In this document: positions 31,044-41,567 of the stretch, piece after piece
Position numbering within the stretch: position 1 is the first letter of the stretch
Layout: every line of letters starts with the position of its first letter
Position numbers and translations under genes: made by a program
Source: Nemertoderma westbladi
Taxonomy: Eukaryota; Animalia; Xenacoelomorpha
DNA length: 64,000 nt
NCBI GenBank assembly: GCA_032718475.1
Contig: JAUCBJ010001188.1
Coordinates: 1 to 64,000 of the forward strand
Direction: 5' to 3'
The notes under the pieces: model-generated
Told to the model about the DNA's origin: nothing
The model's input: only the letters and a program-made list of their open reading frames with translations
Database searches by the model: none

Positions 31044-32962
31044 TATAGAATTATATTCCCTAAATGCCGTGGATTTTCAAAATTTTATTTTATTCGAATT
31101 AACTTTGTAAAGATTACTTTGAGTTCTCATTAGTATTGGTTCTATCTATTATGCATCTATCGGTCAAGTGGTTCAGTAGCTCAGTTGGTAGAGCGTTGGA
31201 AATTATAAGTGTAGTAGGTATCGAGTTCGAATCCTAGTAAGTGCGAATTATTTTTTGTGCAGAATTTCAACTCATTTAAATTAACCGCTACAAATTAATT
31301 GCATTTGTCTGTACCAATAAGGCTGTAGTTATTTGATTGTAACCAATGTCGTGCAAGTTATATATTAGCTGGACCAATAAGCTATCTTTAAAACCTCGTT
31401 AGAACCCATAGAACAATCGAGAATTTTCTCGATTGATTGCAGCACAAATTTAGTATATAAAGGTGCGATTTGTTCATTAGTTATCTATCTCAATCTCGAT
31501 CACTGCAATTTCCATCATTCGCTTTCTGTCTTATTTCAGATTACATTGTTTATTGTATAATAGTTATTATATGTTTTGTAATAAAGTCAGAATATTCTCT
31601 CAGCCTTTCTATCTGTTTTAATATGGTTTCACTACGGTGAACAAACTCAGGGACAGGATGGCCAGCTAGAGATCGGGCCGCAGCAATGAACGGGAACATC
31701 ACGGGAATGTAGACGAGAGACAACCCGCAATACCATTTAGAGTTATTCGCCCATCGCCTGAAAGGTTAGACAGCGTTCGATCCTTGCTACCTAAGTATAA
31801 GACCAAAAGATCAAAGGTAGACGTAGTGACACGCTGTAAGCCCAAAATTACATCATAGGGACTGTACTGTCTTGATTCAGGAAAAACCGCAGTAGACCTT
31901 CATATTCCTACGGGGGGGGAGAGAGAGAGAGAGCAGATACTAGTACGCAGATAGGACGTAGGCACACCGGTACAAGGCATACACATTGGTTAGGGTGCAG
32001 CAAACTGTACGCTTAACTCTTGCTAAGTACAGGTGTGTGTGCGACTATTTGCAGTACGACCGTGTCTATTACATCAGAACTTGTAGGCTAGGGGGTTGCT
32101 GTGTTTTCACCTGAATTGGGATTGTACCGTTCAGGCGGTAGGGCAGTTTACGCTAGGCGCAAATAAATTGAGGCTATCAGGGATATACTAACATCTACCG
32201 TGTCCCCGCCAACGCCCTAATAGGAAGTTACCTGGACTACCTGGGTGACTAAAATTCTAGATAAGAGCCAGGATAGCTATTAGTACCCGTACGCCTACCG
32301 TAGTAAACTAACACATCTCTTCTTAGTATCAGGGACCTGGTACCTAAAATTGCCGAATTCTGGGCGTAGTATTAACCTTATGCCTGAATTTGAGTCCTGG
32401 AGATACGCAAGAGGGGAAGGAACCTTATCATTCGTGAGTATTGGACCTACAAGTTATAAAATTAGAATATTCGTAAATGCACACCGTACCCAGTAATTAT
32501 ATATGTGAAGGAGCAAAACTGCTTTGACCGTTCAGAATTAACACACGCGCGTTAGAAATTATTTACACCTCGAAATATATAAAATTAACTTTCGTCCTTA
32601 CTGCACTTTGCTCGCTAGTTAGACATCTCCAAATCTGCTCTATACCTAGCTAGCGTCCCTTTGCCCAACCATATAAATCACACCGCGGCAAAGTATACGA
32701 GCCTCTTAGTCCGTCAGTGAGTCAGCCTGATTTTAGGATTCGCTGCGCGGGATTTGTTTTATCGAAGTTTGTCTGCTCGTAGACTGTTTTCTGCCTCACC
32801 GGTTAAAAGAGATCGATACTGCAATATATTCGCTTACTTGGGGTTTACTGTTTTGGTGAGAAGGTCGGATTTATGATTTGATTTACAAACTTTACAGTAG
32901 GATATTGCAGGTATTGTTACCGTCTCTTCCGATAGTAGGAATAGGCGTATCTCTCCAATTTA
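31044..32962 (+). repeat. BEL-2 3' LTR (1919 bp)
   Basis: Direct repeat of 18341-20263, followed by the TSD ACGGC. Confidence 0.95.
31170..31256 (+). ncRNA. tRNA-like Pol III cassette in the 3' LTR
   Basis: Copy of 18467-18553. Confidence 0.6.
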
Positions 32963-33241
32963 ACGGCTCATTATAAATACTGCATTAAATGTTCTAAAAG
33001 GTAACGTATAATTGACCCCTCATTCATTTAGAAATATTCGCCGCTATAAAAAGGTATTGAAATCACTCAACCGCAAAACAAAAAATATATCAAGTTACAG
33101 AAAAAAGTTAAGCAATCAATCTGGAGGCATACTACCGTTTCTAATACCCTTACTCGGCATTGGTGCGAAACTCGCCGCGAGTGCTGGTGCCGCCGCCGCT
33201 GGAGCGGTTATTGCGAAAAAAATTAACCGCGGACGGTAATA

Positions 33242-33475
33242 ATGGTTAAAACGGGTGTAACATTTAGAAAATTATATTTAGTATCGAGTAAACCGTTAGC
33301 TACTGATTTAAAACCTCAAGATATACCTAGAGTAAATACTACAAAAAGAAAACCCTTCAAAACATCAACTTCAAAGAAAATAAAAAATTTCAGCTGTTTT
33401 TACGGTGATGCCCTTTATAAGAGATTTGAATATACATATTACTTGCGGTTGTCGAAAAGATGCCACGCAAGATGA
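33242..33475 (+). CDS. Small basic Polinton hypothetical protein
   Basis: Tightly packed ORF between the core-like gene and integrase, TAATAATG start. Confidence 0.45.
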   Translation: MVKTGVTFRKLYLVSSKPLATDLKPQDIPRVNTTKRKPFKTSTSKKIKNFSCFYGDALYKRFEYTYYLRLSKRCHAR

Positions 33476-34552
33476 GACCGATTTTAAGCCGAAGCTTAGA
33501 CAAAAAACTGTTAAGAATTTATTTAGATCCTTCATCCCCTGCGGGTTTTGCAAGTATCACAAAATTAGCAAAAGCCGCAAACATCAAACTAGCTCAAGCT
33601 CAGAAATGGTTAAGCGGGCAAAAGACATACTCCCTTCACGCACCACGTAGACATCGTTATCCAACATCTAAAATATTTACGGGAGGGATAAAAGATATAT
33701 ATATGATAGATCTGGTGGATATGCAGCAATATAAATCACAAAATAATAATTATAACTATATATTAACATATATTGATACCTTTAGCCGGCTTGCTTTTGC
33801 CTATGGTATGAAGACAAAAACAGGTATTGAAATTATTAGTATATTGCAAAAAATATTCCAGAAAGGTAAACCAAACAGAATCGCGACTGATCAAGGTTCT
33901 GAGTTTCTAAATAAATCTGTAAGGAAATATTTAGATACTATTGGTTGGTATACAGTATTACGTAATGTACTCTGTGAATAAGGCAGCTATTGTCGAGAGA
34001 TTCAATAGAACATTAAAAACAAAGATGTTCAAAATTTTCACGCAATGGGGAAATAATGTTTGGATAAAAATTTTACCGAAGCTTATCTTGGCTTATAATA
34101 GGTCATATCATAGGACAATACAAATGACGCCCATTGAAGTTATTAAATTTAATGAAACTGAATTAATGAATAGATTATATGGGAAATATAGACAGATTAA
34201 TCACAAGAAAATAAAATTTAAAGTTGGAGATACAGTACGATTATCTATCGCGCGTACTGCTTTTGCTAAAGGCTATCGAGAACAATGGACACGTGAATTA
34301 TTTATTATTCATCGGGTCAGATTGGATAGAGTACCAGCGGTAATGTTCGATATTAAGGACAGCGCAGGTGCTATAATAAATGGGTCATTTTATTCATACG
34401 AACTCCAAAAGGTCCACCCGAATAGTAATATTTATCTTCCGATTGACAAAAATATTGGCAAACTTAAAGAACGTGTGCGCAATGGGAAAAAAGAATATTT
34501 AGTCCGATTCATTGGATCCAAGAAACAGTCGTGGGTACAGCATATTCAATAA
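33460..34552 (+). pseudogene. Polinton retroviral-like (c-)integrase with C-terminal chromodomain-like tail, one frameshift
   Basis: IYLDPSSPAGF, IDLVDM, TDQGSEF, KAAIVERFNRTLK, FAKGY, KKEYLVRF. A ttggttgg duplication at ~33941 explains the frameshift. Confidence 0.93.
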
Positions 34553-34583
34553 GTTTAGGTTTATACTGTATATTAATTCATTT

Positions 34584-35011
34584 TGGTCACATATGACCGT
34601 AATTAATCAATATTAACTCAAATGATATTACTATACTATACTGTAAGTCTAATATCTATAGTTCATTCGCTTTAAATAAAGCCAGTAAAATATTGATCCC
34701 TCACATATACTGTAGAAGCGGCAACGAACGTGGTCACAGATGTCTATAATTTAACATTATACCATACTGTATGTACAAAGGAGTCAAGTAGAGAGAGCTT
34801 AAGCGAATAATGGTCACATATGATCGTAATTAATCAATATTAACTCGAATGATATTACTATACTGTAAGTCTAATATCTATAGTTCATTCGCTTTAAATA
34901 TTGATCTCTCGCATATACTGTAGAAACAATGAACGTGGTCACAGATGTCTATAGTTATGTCTACATTATACAGTACAGTATGTACAATGGAGTCAAGCAG
35001 AGAGAGCTTAA
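34584..35011. repeat. Two-copy ~227-bp intergenic tandem duplication
   Basis: tggtcacatatga...agagagctta at 34584 and 34811. Confidence 0.9.
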
Positions 35012-35023
35012 ATAATAATAATA

Positions 35024-35893
35024 ATGGCTGTAGATACATATATCACTCTAGTTTCAGATAGCTCATTAAACACATACCCCAATAATAACCCTAGCGAGTT
35101 TACTGTTGATTTAGCTGAAGAATTATATATTGGTCCAAACGCTAAAATTGGACTCGCCGAGATACAATACCAAGCAACATACAGTAATATTACTCTGCAA
35201 ACTCAAATCTCGCTGTCAATCGGGGTAGATGCAAAAGATGTTAAATTATTCAGTTTATTTCCTGGTATGCATAGCTCTATTCAAATCATTATTGATGATA
35301 TAAATAAACTGTTTAATTCTGAAGCGAAATATAGAGATTTCGAATTCATTTTTAATGCAAATAATTCTAGAATTAAATTTAAATTTCCTAAAAAGTTGAA
35401 AAAAATACAATTAAGTCTACGTGGTGATTTAATTCAAATTCTAGGCTTAAAACAGTTATTGGATCAGAATCATCCAGGTATTCCGAATTGGGATATATAC
35501 AGTACCACTACAGTGGATGAATTAAGCAATATAGATATAGCGATATTAATTTTAAATTATAGTGGACCAAAAATTTCGGAAATTGGGATTTTAGATTTTC
35601 CAAATCCCACAAATATTACTCGTAATAAAGATACAATCTTCATATATACAGATATTATTAAGAGCTCATTTGTTGGTGACGCTTTAGCTCCGCTCTTAAG
35701 AACCTGTCCTTTAACACAATTAAATCGAAAATATATTAATCACGAATACGAGAGCATTTGCTATTACCCATTGTTGAATAAAAAACTAAAAACAATCTTA
35801 ATTACTTTACGTGACGGTCAAGGTGAATTAATTAATTTCAACGGTGGTCGCACTGTTATAACACTTAAGTTAATACGTGGTGGTGATGGATGA
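35024..35893 (+). CDS. Polinton minor capsid (penton-like) protein 1
   Basis: YITLVSDSS..YPNNNPSEFTVDL, IGLAEI, IFIYTDII..VGD..APLLR, LRDGQGELINF. Confidence 0.85.
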   Translation: MAVDTYITLVSDSSLNTYPNNNPSEFTVDLAEELYIGPNAKIGLAEIQYQATYSNITLQTQISLSIGVDAKDVKLFSLFPGMHSSIQIIIDDINKLFNSEAKYRDFEFIFNANNSRIKFKFPKKLKKIQLSLRGDLIQILGLKQLLDQNHPGIPNWDIYSTTTVDELSNIDIAILILNYSGPKISEIGILDFPNPTNITRNKDTIFIYTDIIKSSFVGDALAPLLRTCPLTQLNRKYINHEYESICYYPLLNKKLKTILITLRDGQGELINFNGGRTVITLKLIRGGDG

Positions 35894-36731
35894 GTTCTAT
35901 GTTAGGCTACCAAGTAACTCCTGTCCAATTGATTTTCCTCGTAATACCGGTAGTAATTATCAGATCAATTTCCATGGTGCCTTACCTATAAATCCAAACG
36001 AAAACTGGGTGGTAGGTATAAAAAGTATATTTTACTTAGCCACGTTACCGTCCATGTATAACAATGTAGAGAATGTTATTTTATTAAAAAAAGGGAAAAA
36101 AAATTTTGAGGATACACTTCCATCCGTCTTGTTCTACAGTATCAATGACATTATAGATTATTTTAACACTGGGGCGTTGAAAGATAAATTACAAATAGTT
36201 GAAAATACTCAGCAAAATAGGTTGCAATTTATTTTAGGGAAAACTGTACGAGAGTTATTTATAGGTCAACAATTAGCCTATTATTTTGGAATTACTGAAA
36301 ATAATCTCAGTGCGAATTTAAATCCAAATTTTAAAAATATTTTGAAGACGAAAAATAATATAAAGGGTTATTTAATAAAAATTATCGGAAATGAAGAAAA
36401 AGCTTACCAGATGGTATTTTTATGTCCTCAACCACCCAATTCTATTCCAGAACCTAAGTCGAACATGTACGTGACTACTAATATAATTGAAAATGAATAT
36501 ATTAATGATTTTGGTTTAGCTTTACTTCGTCGCGTGGCGATACCTGATGACGTGAAATATGGTAGTGTAATAAATAAAGAATTTGCCAAGGATACAATTC
36601 ATTATATCCCTGTAAAAAAATCATATAAGATAACATACATTCATATTGAAATAACAGACAAAGAAGGAAAAGATTTGAATTTTGAATACGGGACAACATC
36701 TATTACCTTACACTTTAAAAAAATAAATTAA
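35886..36731 (+). CDS. Polinton minor capsid (penton-like) protein 2
   Basis: FYVRLPSNS..FPRNT, WVVGI, MYVTTNII, LLRRV, ITDKEGKDLNF..TLHFKK. Confidence 0.85.
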   Translation: MDEFYVRLPSNSCPIDFPRNTGSNYQINFHGALPINPNENWVVGIKSIFYLATLPSMYNNVENVILLKKGKKNFEDTLPSVLFYSINDIIDYFNTGALKDKLQIVENTQQNRLQFILGKTVRELFIGQQLAYYFGITENNLSANLNPNFKNILKTKNNIKGYLIKIIGNEEKAYQMVFLCPQPPNSIPEPKSNMYVTTNIIENEYINDFGLALLRRVAIPDDVKYGSVINKEFAKDTIHYIPVKKSYKITYIHIEITDKEGKDLNFEYGTTSITLHFKKIN

Positions 36732-36732
36732 A

Positions 36733-37295
36733 ATGGATTCCGATTTATTTCAAAGATACAGTAAACCTCAATATGGTGGTGCAGACTCTAATCTTGCTGT
36801 TTTTAAAGGTGGTAGAAGTACGAGAGGTTCGACGCAAGTTCCTGTTTTTCGAGGTGGTTCATATATTGACCCTTACGGTCAACAAATTGGTGCATTTGGT
36901 CCAAATTTAAAACAATGTCGATTTCAACGTTATCGTAGAGGTATGATGCGAACAAATCAACACGGGGAAGGTATATTTACTGACGCTTTATCTACATTGA
37001 AAAAATTTGGGAAGCCATTAGCTAAAAAATTTTACAAAAAGCTTTACCATTTCCTACAAAATTTATGAGACAAAATGTAATACCAAAAGGTAAGCGGGTC
37101 TTACATCAACAGGCTAATACGGTTATTAATAAAGCATTAAATAAAATGAAACCATCAACAAGATCGGATGTAGAAAAAGTTTATAGAGATTTAAAGCGAC
37201 CAACTAGACCAATGTCTATGAACATACATCATCGTCGTAGTAAAAATAGAAAAATTAAAGGCAAACTGAAACACTGCGAAAAAAGTATTTTTTAA
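36733..37295 (+). pseudogene. Core / membrane-lytic precursor-like protein (one frameshift near 37030)
   Basis: QYGG, VFRGG and QHGEG/IF processing-type motifs followed by the amphipathic GIFTDALSTLKKFGKPLAKK; basic C-terminus. Confidence 0.65.
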
Positions 37296-37297
37296 TA

Positions 37298-38557
37298 ATG
37301 TCAATTATTAAGGAATTCGATTTATTTTCTACACAACCAATACAGACTGAATTTAAAGCAAAACATTATGAAACAATTTACCCCGTATCTAATCTCAGAA
37401 GCGAGTCTAGGGAAGTCACGTTCCTTGTACCAAGATCCAATGAATTCTATACGAAACTGCAAGATGCGTTATTAATTACAAAATGTACTGTACGGTGGGA
37501 TAGACGACTTGAAAACTCCCATATTTATATGTTGAATTACCCTTCTGGGACTATGTGGAGTGATATTAAAATAGACCTTAATGATAAGCAGGTTGAAAAT
37601 AGCAATAACCATTATTTCTACAAGTCGTACTTATCCAATTTACTATTTACAACATACGAAACTAAAAATGGGCTACTGGGGGCAGGCGGCTTTCGTCAGC
37701 ATTTATCCGAACACGGAAATGAAATTAATCCCGGCGCGCATCCTATTGGCGATGCCTTTAGTAAACAAATGCACTTTGTAAGTGGATTGACGATTGATTT
37801 TGATACTGAAAGTAAAATAATACAACCCGGGTATGATTTAAGAATGCATTTTAGAAAAGTATCAAATTAGTTTATTTTTAAAATCACTCCAAACGCAAAC
37901 GCTGTGACAAATCTTCGGCTAGAATTAGATGAAGTAAAGATCCTAATCCCTAGAATGGAGGTTAATCCCGTAATAGAAAGCAGTCACCTAAAAGGTTTAG
38001 AGAGTTACGATATTGAATATCAATTTCAAAAAAAAGAAGTTACTACATTTACTATTCCCGCTCAAACCACAAATTACACCCAAACAAACATATTTGATGT
38101 TAAAAAACCCAAATTAGTTATTATTGGTTTTATAACAAATAATTCATATTCGGGAGAATTAACTAGCAATCCCTTGAAATTTGAACATTTTAACCTTAGA
38201 CGCACGGAACTGATTGTAGACGGTCTTCCAGTAGGTGGTGTAATATACGAGCCTAATTTTACAGATGGAACATACATTTTTGAGTATACACAATTAATGA
38301 AGAACATTAATACATATATTAACGGTTATGGAGGTAATAATATAGACCATGAAACTTACTTAGGTAATTGTCCACTCATTTCCTGGGACATAACCACCGA
38401 CGGCTATGTTAGAGATCCTCAACCATCAATATATACTAATGGACAATTAAAATTAAGATTTGCCGAACCGTTGGTTGAGACCATAAATGTTATCGTTTTT
38501 AATATTTATGATCAATCATTAAGTTTAAATAGCAGGAAAGAAATACATATCGATTAA
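37298..38557 (+). pseudogene. Polinton major capsid protein (double jelly roll) with one in-frame TAG at 37868
   Basis: EFDLFS..PIQT, YFYKSYL, PKLVIIGF..NPLKFEHFNL, LKLRFAEPL. The two ORFs are in the same frame. Confidence 0.9.
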
Positions 38558-38559
38558 GT

Positions 38560-39012
38560 ATGTTATCTACAGAGGACCTTGATATGTTTCCAGTGGGTGG
38601 TCACTATTTGGGGGCGTTTCCATCTAATAAATTACCTAAATTAGATAATAATAAGCGGAGAGACTATGGGTTAATAGTAAATACCGATAAAGAGCATCTG
38701 CCAGGTGTTCATTGGGTAGCTATATATATACGAGATAATGATGCTGAATTATTTAATTCGTTTGGACCAAAATATCCAAACAGATGTATCGAAAAATGGC
38801 TTGAGAAAAATACAGCAAGGTGGTGTACTACCCGCAAACAATTTCAAGACCCTAGAAGGACCACATGTGGGTTATACTGTCTTTATTACTTGGTAAATCG
38901 AATTCACACAAACTATCCAATGAGAGCGTTTACAAATAATGTGGAAATAAATGAAATAATATTATATAAATGGCTTGTTAATTATTATAAAATAAACCAA
39001 CAAACGTTGTAA
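38560..39012 (+). CDS. Adenain-like cysteine maturation protease
   Basis: IVNTD..PGVHWVAI, FNSFG, FQ...TCGLYC. Confidence 0.93.
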   Translation: MLSTEDLDMFPVGGHYLGAFPSNKLPKLDNNKRRDYGLIVNTDKEHLPGVHWVAIYIRDNDAELFNSFGPKYPNRCIEKWLEKNTARWCTTRKQFQDPRRTTCGLYCLYYLVNRIHTNYPMRAFTNNVEINEIILYKWLVNYYKINQQTL

Positions 39013-39043
39013 TTAATCATTTAACTTTTGTTTATCAGATAAA

Positions 39044-39616
39044 ATGGATAATATTATTTTTGTCGATTTTCAATATTATAAGATAGACAATAAGGAATAT
39101 CCGGTAGTATTTAAAGAATTTGCTATATTCGATTCTAAATACAGTAAAACTAATATAAAGACGTTTTTAATTAAAGGACCTCCTGATATTAACTTATCAG
39201 CATTAGATGAAGCCCACGTAAACAATTTACGCGACATGACTTCACATTTACCTTGGGATTACGGCGACATTTCGCAAGATGACTTTAAAAAGTACATGAA
39301 GAGACAATTAAAAAATAAATATAATATATATGTATTTGGGTTGATGAAAGCCGCAATATTAAATACCCAACTTGATGTTTACGCTCCAAAATCAATGAAC
39401 AAATTGGGAATATTTCGACTATATTACAATTATTTAACTCCATGCCCCTTCCATGATAAATTAACTACTGTAGAAGATAAATGTAGTTTTCACAAAGATG
39501 GTGATAGCTGCTTGAATTACTGCTCAGCGAAAAGGATTGGAGGGTATGTAACGAAACGATTAACTGAGACAGGTGATAAACTGAAAGAAATAACTGCGGT
39601 GAATGATGTACAGTAG
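39044..39616 (+). CDS. Polinton accessory protein, possibly of a degenerate DEDD exonuclease fold
   Basis: IIFVDFQ..FKEFAI, HLPWDYGDI, IYVFGLMK, C-x2-H-x8-C; recognised by eye only. Confidence 0.5.
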   Translation: MDNIIFVDFQYYKIDNKEYPVVFKEFAIFDSKYSKTNIKTFLIKGPPDINLSALDEAHVNNLRDMTSHLPWDYGDISQDDFKKYMKRQLKNKYNIYVFGLMKAAILNTQLDVYAPKSMNKLGIFRLYYNYLTPCPFHDKLTTVEDKCSFHKDGDSCLNYCSAKRIGGYVTKRLTETGDKLKEITAVNDVQ

Positions 39617-39994
39617 GTTTACTGTAAGCTTGTAATGTGATGGGATATAATATAATTTTATTTTGGTGATGATCTTGATGTTAATATAAAAATATAATAA
39701 AATATAATTTTTTACAACAAGTTCTCTAAAAAAGAATCAATTGCGCTATTTAAACCATACACATTTAACAATATGATGTAGATGTAACATGTACAGTAAG
39801 TATTCTCGACATCATTCTAATATAGTTGTACTGGTATTGCGAAACATCCTATACATCGCAAACTAATAACACATACAGTAGTTGACTAGTGATATAACTA
39901 TAGTAATATTAATCAGAAATGCAACATAATCTGTATAGGATGTAGTGTTAACCTGTTGGTACCGGTACTGATAAATTCAATAATTTATTATAGG

Positions 39995-40898
39995 CCTATC
40001 CACAACTGTCATCCACTTTATCAGTACCGGTAGTGTTTTACTCTTCCAACACTGTAGTCGCAGTCTACTGGTATCAGTACAGCAGTAATCTGATGCAATA
40101 GCATACTGCTGTCATGACCTGGATTGCATGCAGGGGTCTCACATACAGGGATTAGATCACCTACCCAAACAATACAGTACTGCAGTACTGTCACTGTTGT
40201 TGTAACAGTATAGTCAGATAGAGCATACTGATTTCCTTTGATTAGCATTGTACTGCAGTACCGGTACTATAGTATTAATGTAACAGTACCTGCAGTAACA
40301 AACTAAGCCAATGTATACAATATCGTGAGCCAGTTACAATCAGATGTGTATGCAGTCAGCCATGCTGCGGGGATGCGGTCAACCTCACAGCTAGCCTCGC
40401 AGCTCCTATCTACAACTGTCATCCACTTTATCAGTACCTGTAGTGTTTTACTCTTCTAACACTGTAGTCGTGGTCTACTGGTTTCAGTACAGCAGTAATC
40501 TGATGCAATAGCATACTGCTGACATGACCTGGATTGCTCGCGTGGGTCTCACATACAGGGATTAGATCCCCTACCCAAACAATACAGTACTGCAGTACTG
40601 TCACTGTTGTTGTAACACTATAGTCAGATAGAGCATACTGATTTCCTTTGATTAGCATTGTACTGCAGTACCGGTACTACAGTATTAATGTAACAGTACC
40701 TGCAGTAACAAACTAAACCATTGTATACAATATCGTGAGCCAGTTACAATCAGATGTGCGCGCAGTCAGCCTCGCAGCTGGGATGCGGTCAACCACGCAG
40801 CCACCCTCACTTCCAGCCTCGCAGCCAGCCTCGCAGCCAGCCTCGCAGCCAGCCTCGCAGCCAGCCTCGCAGCCAGCCTCGCAACCAGCCTCGCAGCT
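39995..40898. repeat. 410-bp two-copy tandem duplication ending in a 12-bp (CAGCCTCGCAGC)n array
   Basis: Units start at 39995 and 40405; 12-mer array at ~40814-40897. Confidence 0.92.
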
Positions 40899-41012
40899 AC
40901 TACTGGCTAGGCACGCAGTCAGCCCGTGAGAGTCATGCTTATTCAAACGAGGTTAGTTTTCCCTAACTACCGATAGATCGATTGAAAAATAATAATGTTT
41001 AATTTTCACCTT

Positions 41013-41567
41013 CTAATTACCAATATATTCTACACCTAAAGTCACAACACCAAACATTAATAAATAATTAACCAGTTTACTAAATATAGGATAATAAATG
41101 TGAAATTTGCTAGGTGAACACATTAAAGTACATTTACCGGTATGAAAGCAGCAAATGACTACGGTATTATTTATTCTTATTTTGCAATTATTAAAAATTT
41201 CAGGTTCATATATAACTTGAAGTTGTACATTATCAAAGACAACATAAAACCCGGTATTGTTTATCAATAACCTATAGACTACAGACTTAATACTAAAAAT
41301 ATAAGTACATAAATTAACAGATTTTAAAATCAAATTAATACTAGTTTTATCAAATATATGCTTTTTTACTTTTTGGAAATTATACTTACTACCTAATAAT
41401 GTAATACGACCATTTTTAAATATTAATAATGTGGCACCAAATATCTTATATATAAACTGATTTGGTTTGAGTATGTGTTTACCAGATAATTGATTTTTTA
41501 ATTCTTTCAAATTAATCGCTGACACTTGCTGGCAACTTACATTCTTATTAACTATCTGATAGTTCAT
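41013..41567 (-). CDS. Divergent TATA-box-binding protein (TBP) homologue
   Basis: Two TBP half-repeats: QIVN..INLKEL..ATLLIFKNGRITLLGSK and IYEPEIF..VVICCFHTGKCTL; 184 aa matches the TBP core size. Confidence 0.8.
   Translation of the reverse strand: MNYQIVNKNVSCQQVSAINLKELKNQLSGKHILKPNQFIYKIFGATLLIFKNGRITLLGSKYNFQKVKKHIFDKTSINLILKSVNLCTYIFSIKSVVYRLLINNTGFYVVFDNVQLQVIYEPEIFNNCKIRINNTVVICCFHTGKCTLMCSPSKFHIYYPIFSKLVNYLLMFGVVTLGVEYIGN

Larger units (their letters stand above)
18341..32962 (+). mobile_element. BEL/Pao LTR retrotransposon (BEL-2), lacking RT/RNase H, nested in the Polinton
   Basis: Two ~1.9-kb near-identical LTRs, TSD ACGGC (18336-18340 and 32963-32967), and gag/PR/IN homologous to BEL-1. 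Confidence 0.95.
18229..33239 (+). pseudogene. Small basic Polinton core-like protein split by BEL-2 (parts 18229-18340 and 32968-33239)
   Basis: Joining across the ACGGC TSD restores MNRLVQKY...ELIRLIINTALNVLKGNV*LTPH...NQSGGILPFLIPLL, with one TAA stop and a GG-type protease site. Confidence 0.8.

Noticed and set aside
40021-40966. Short ORFs (duplicated 75-aa ORFs, EAGC/QPAS/QPRS repeats)
   Set aside because: They are by-products of the tandem duplication and the stop-free 12-mer array
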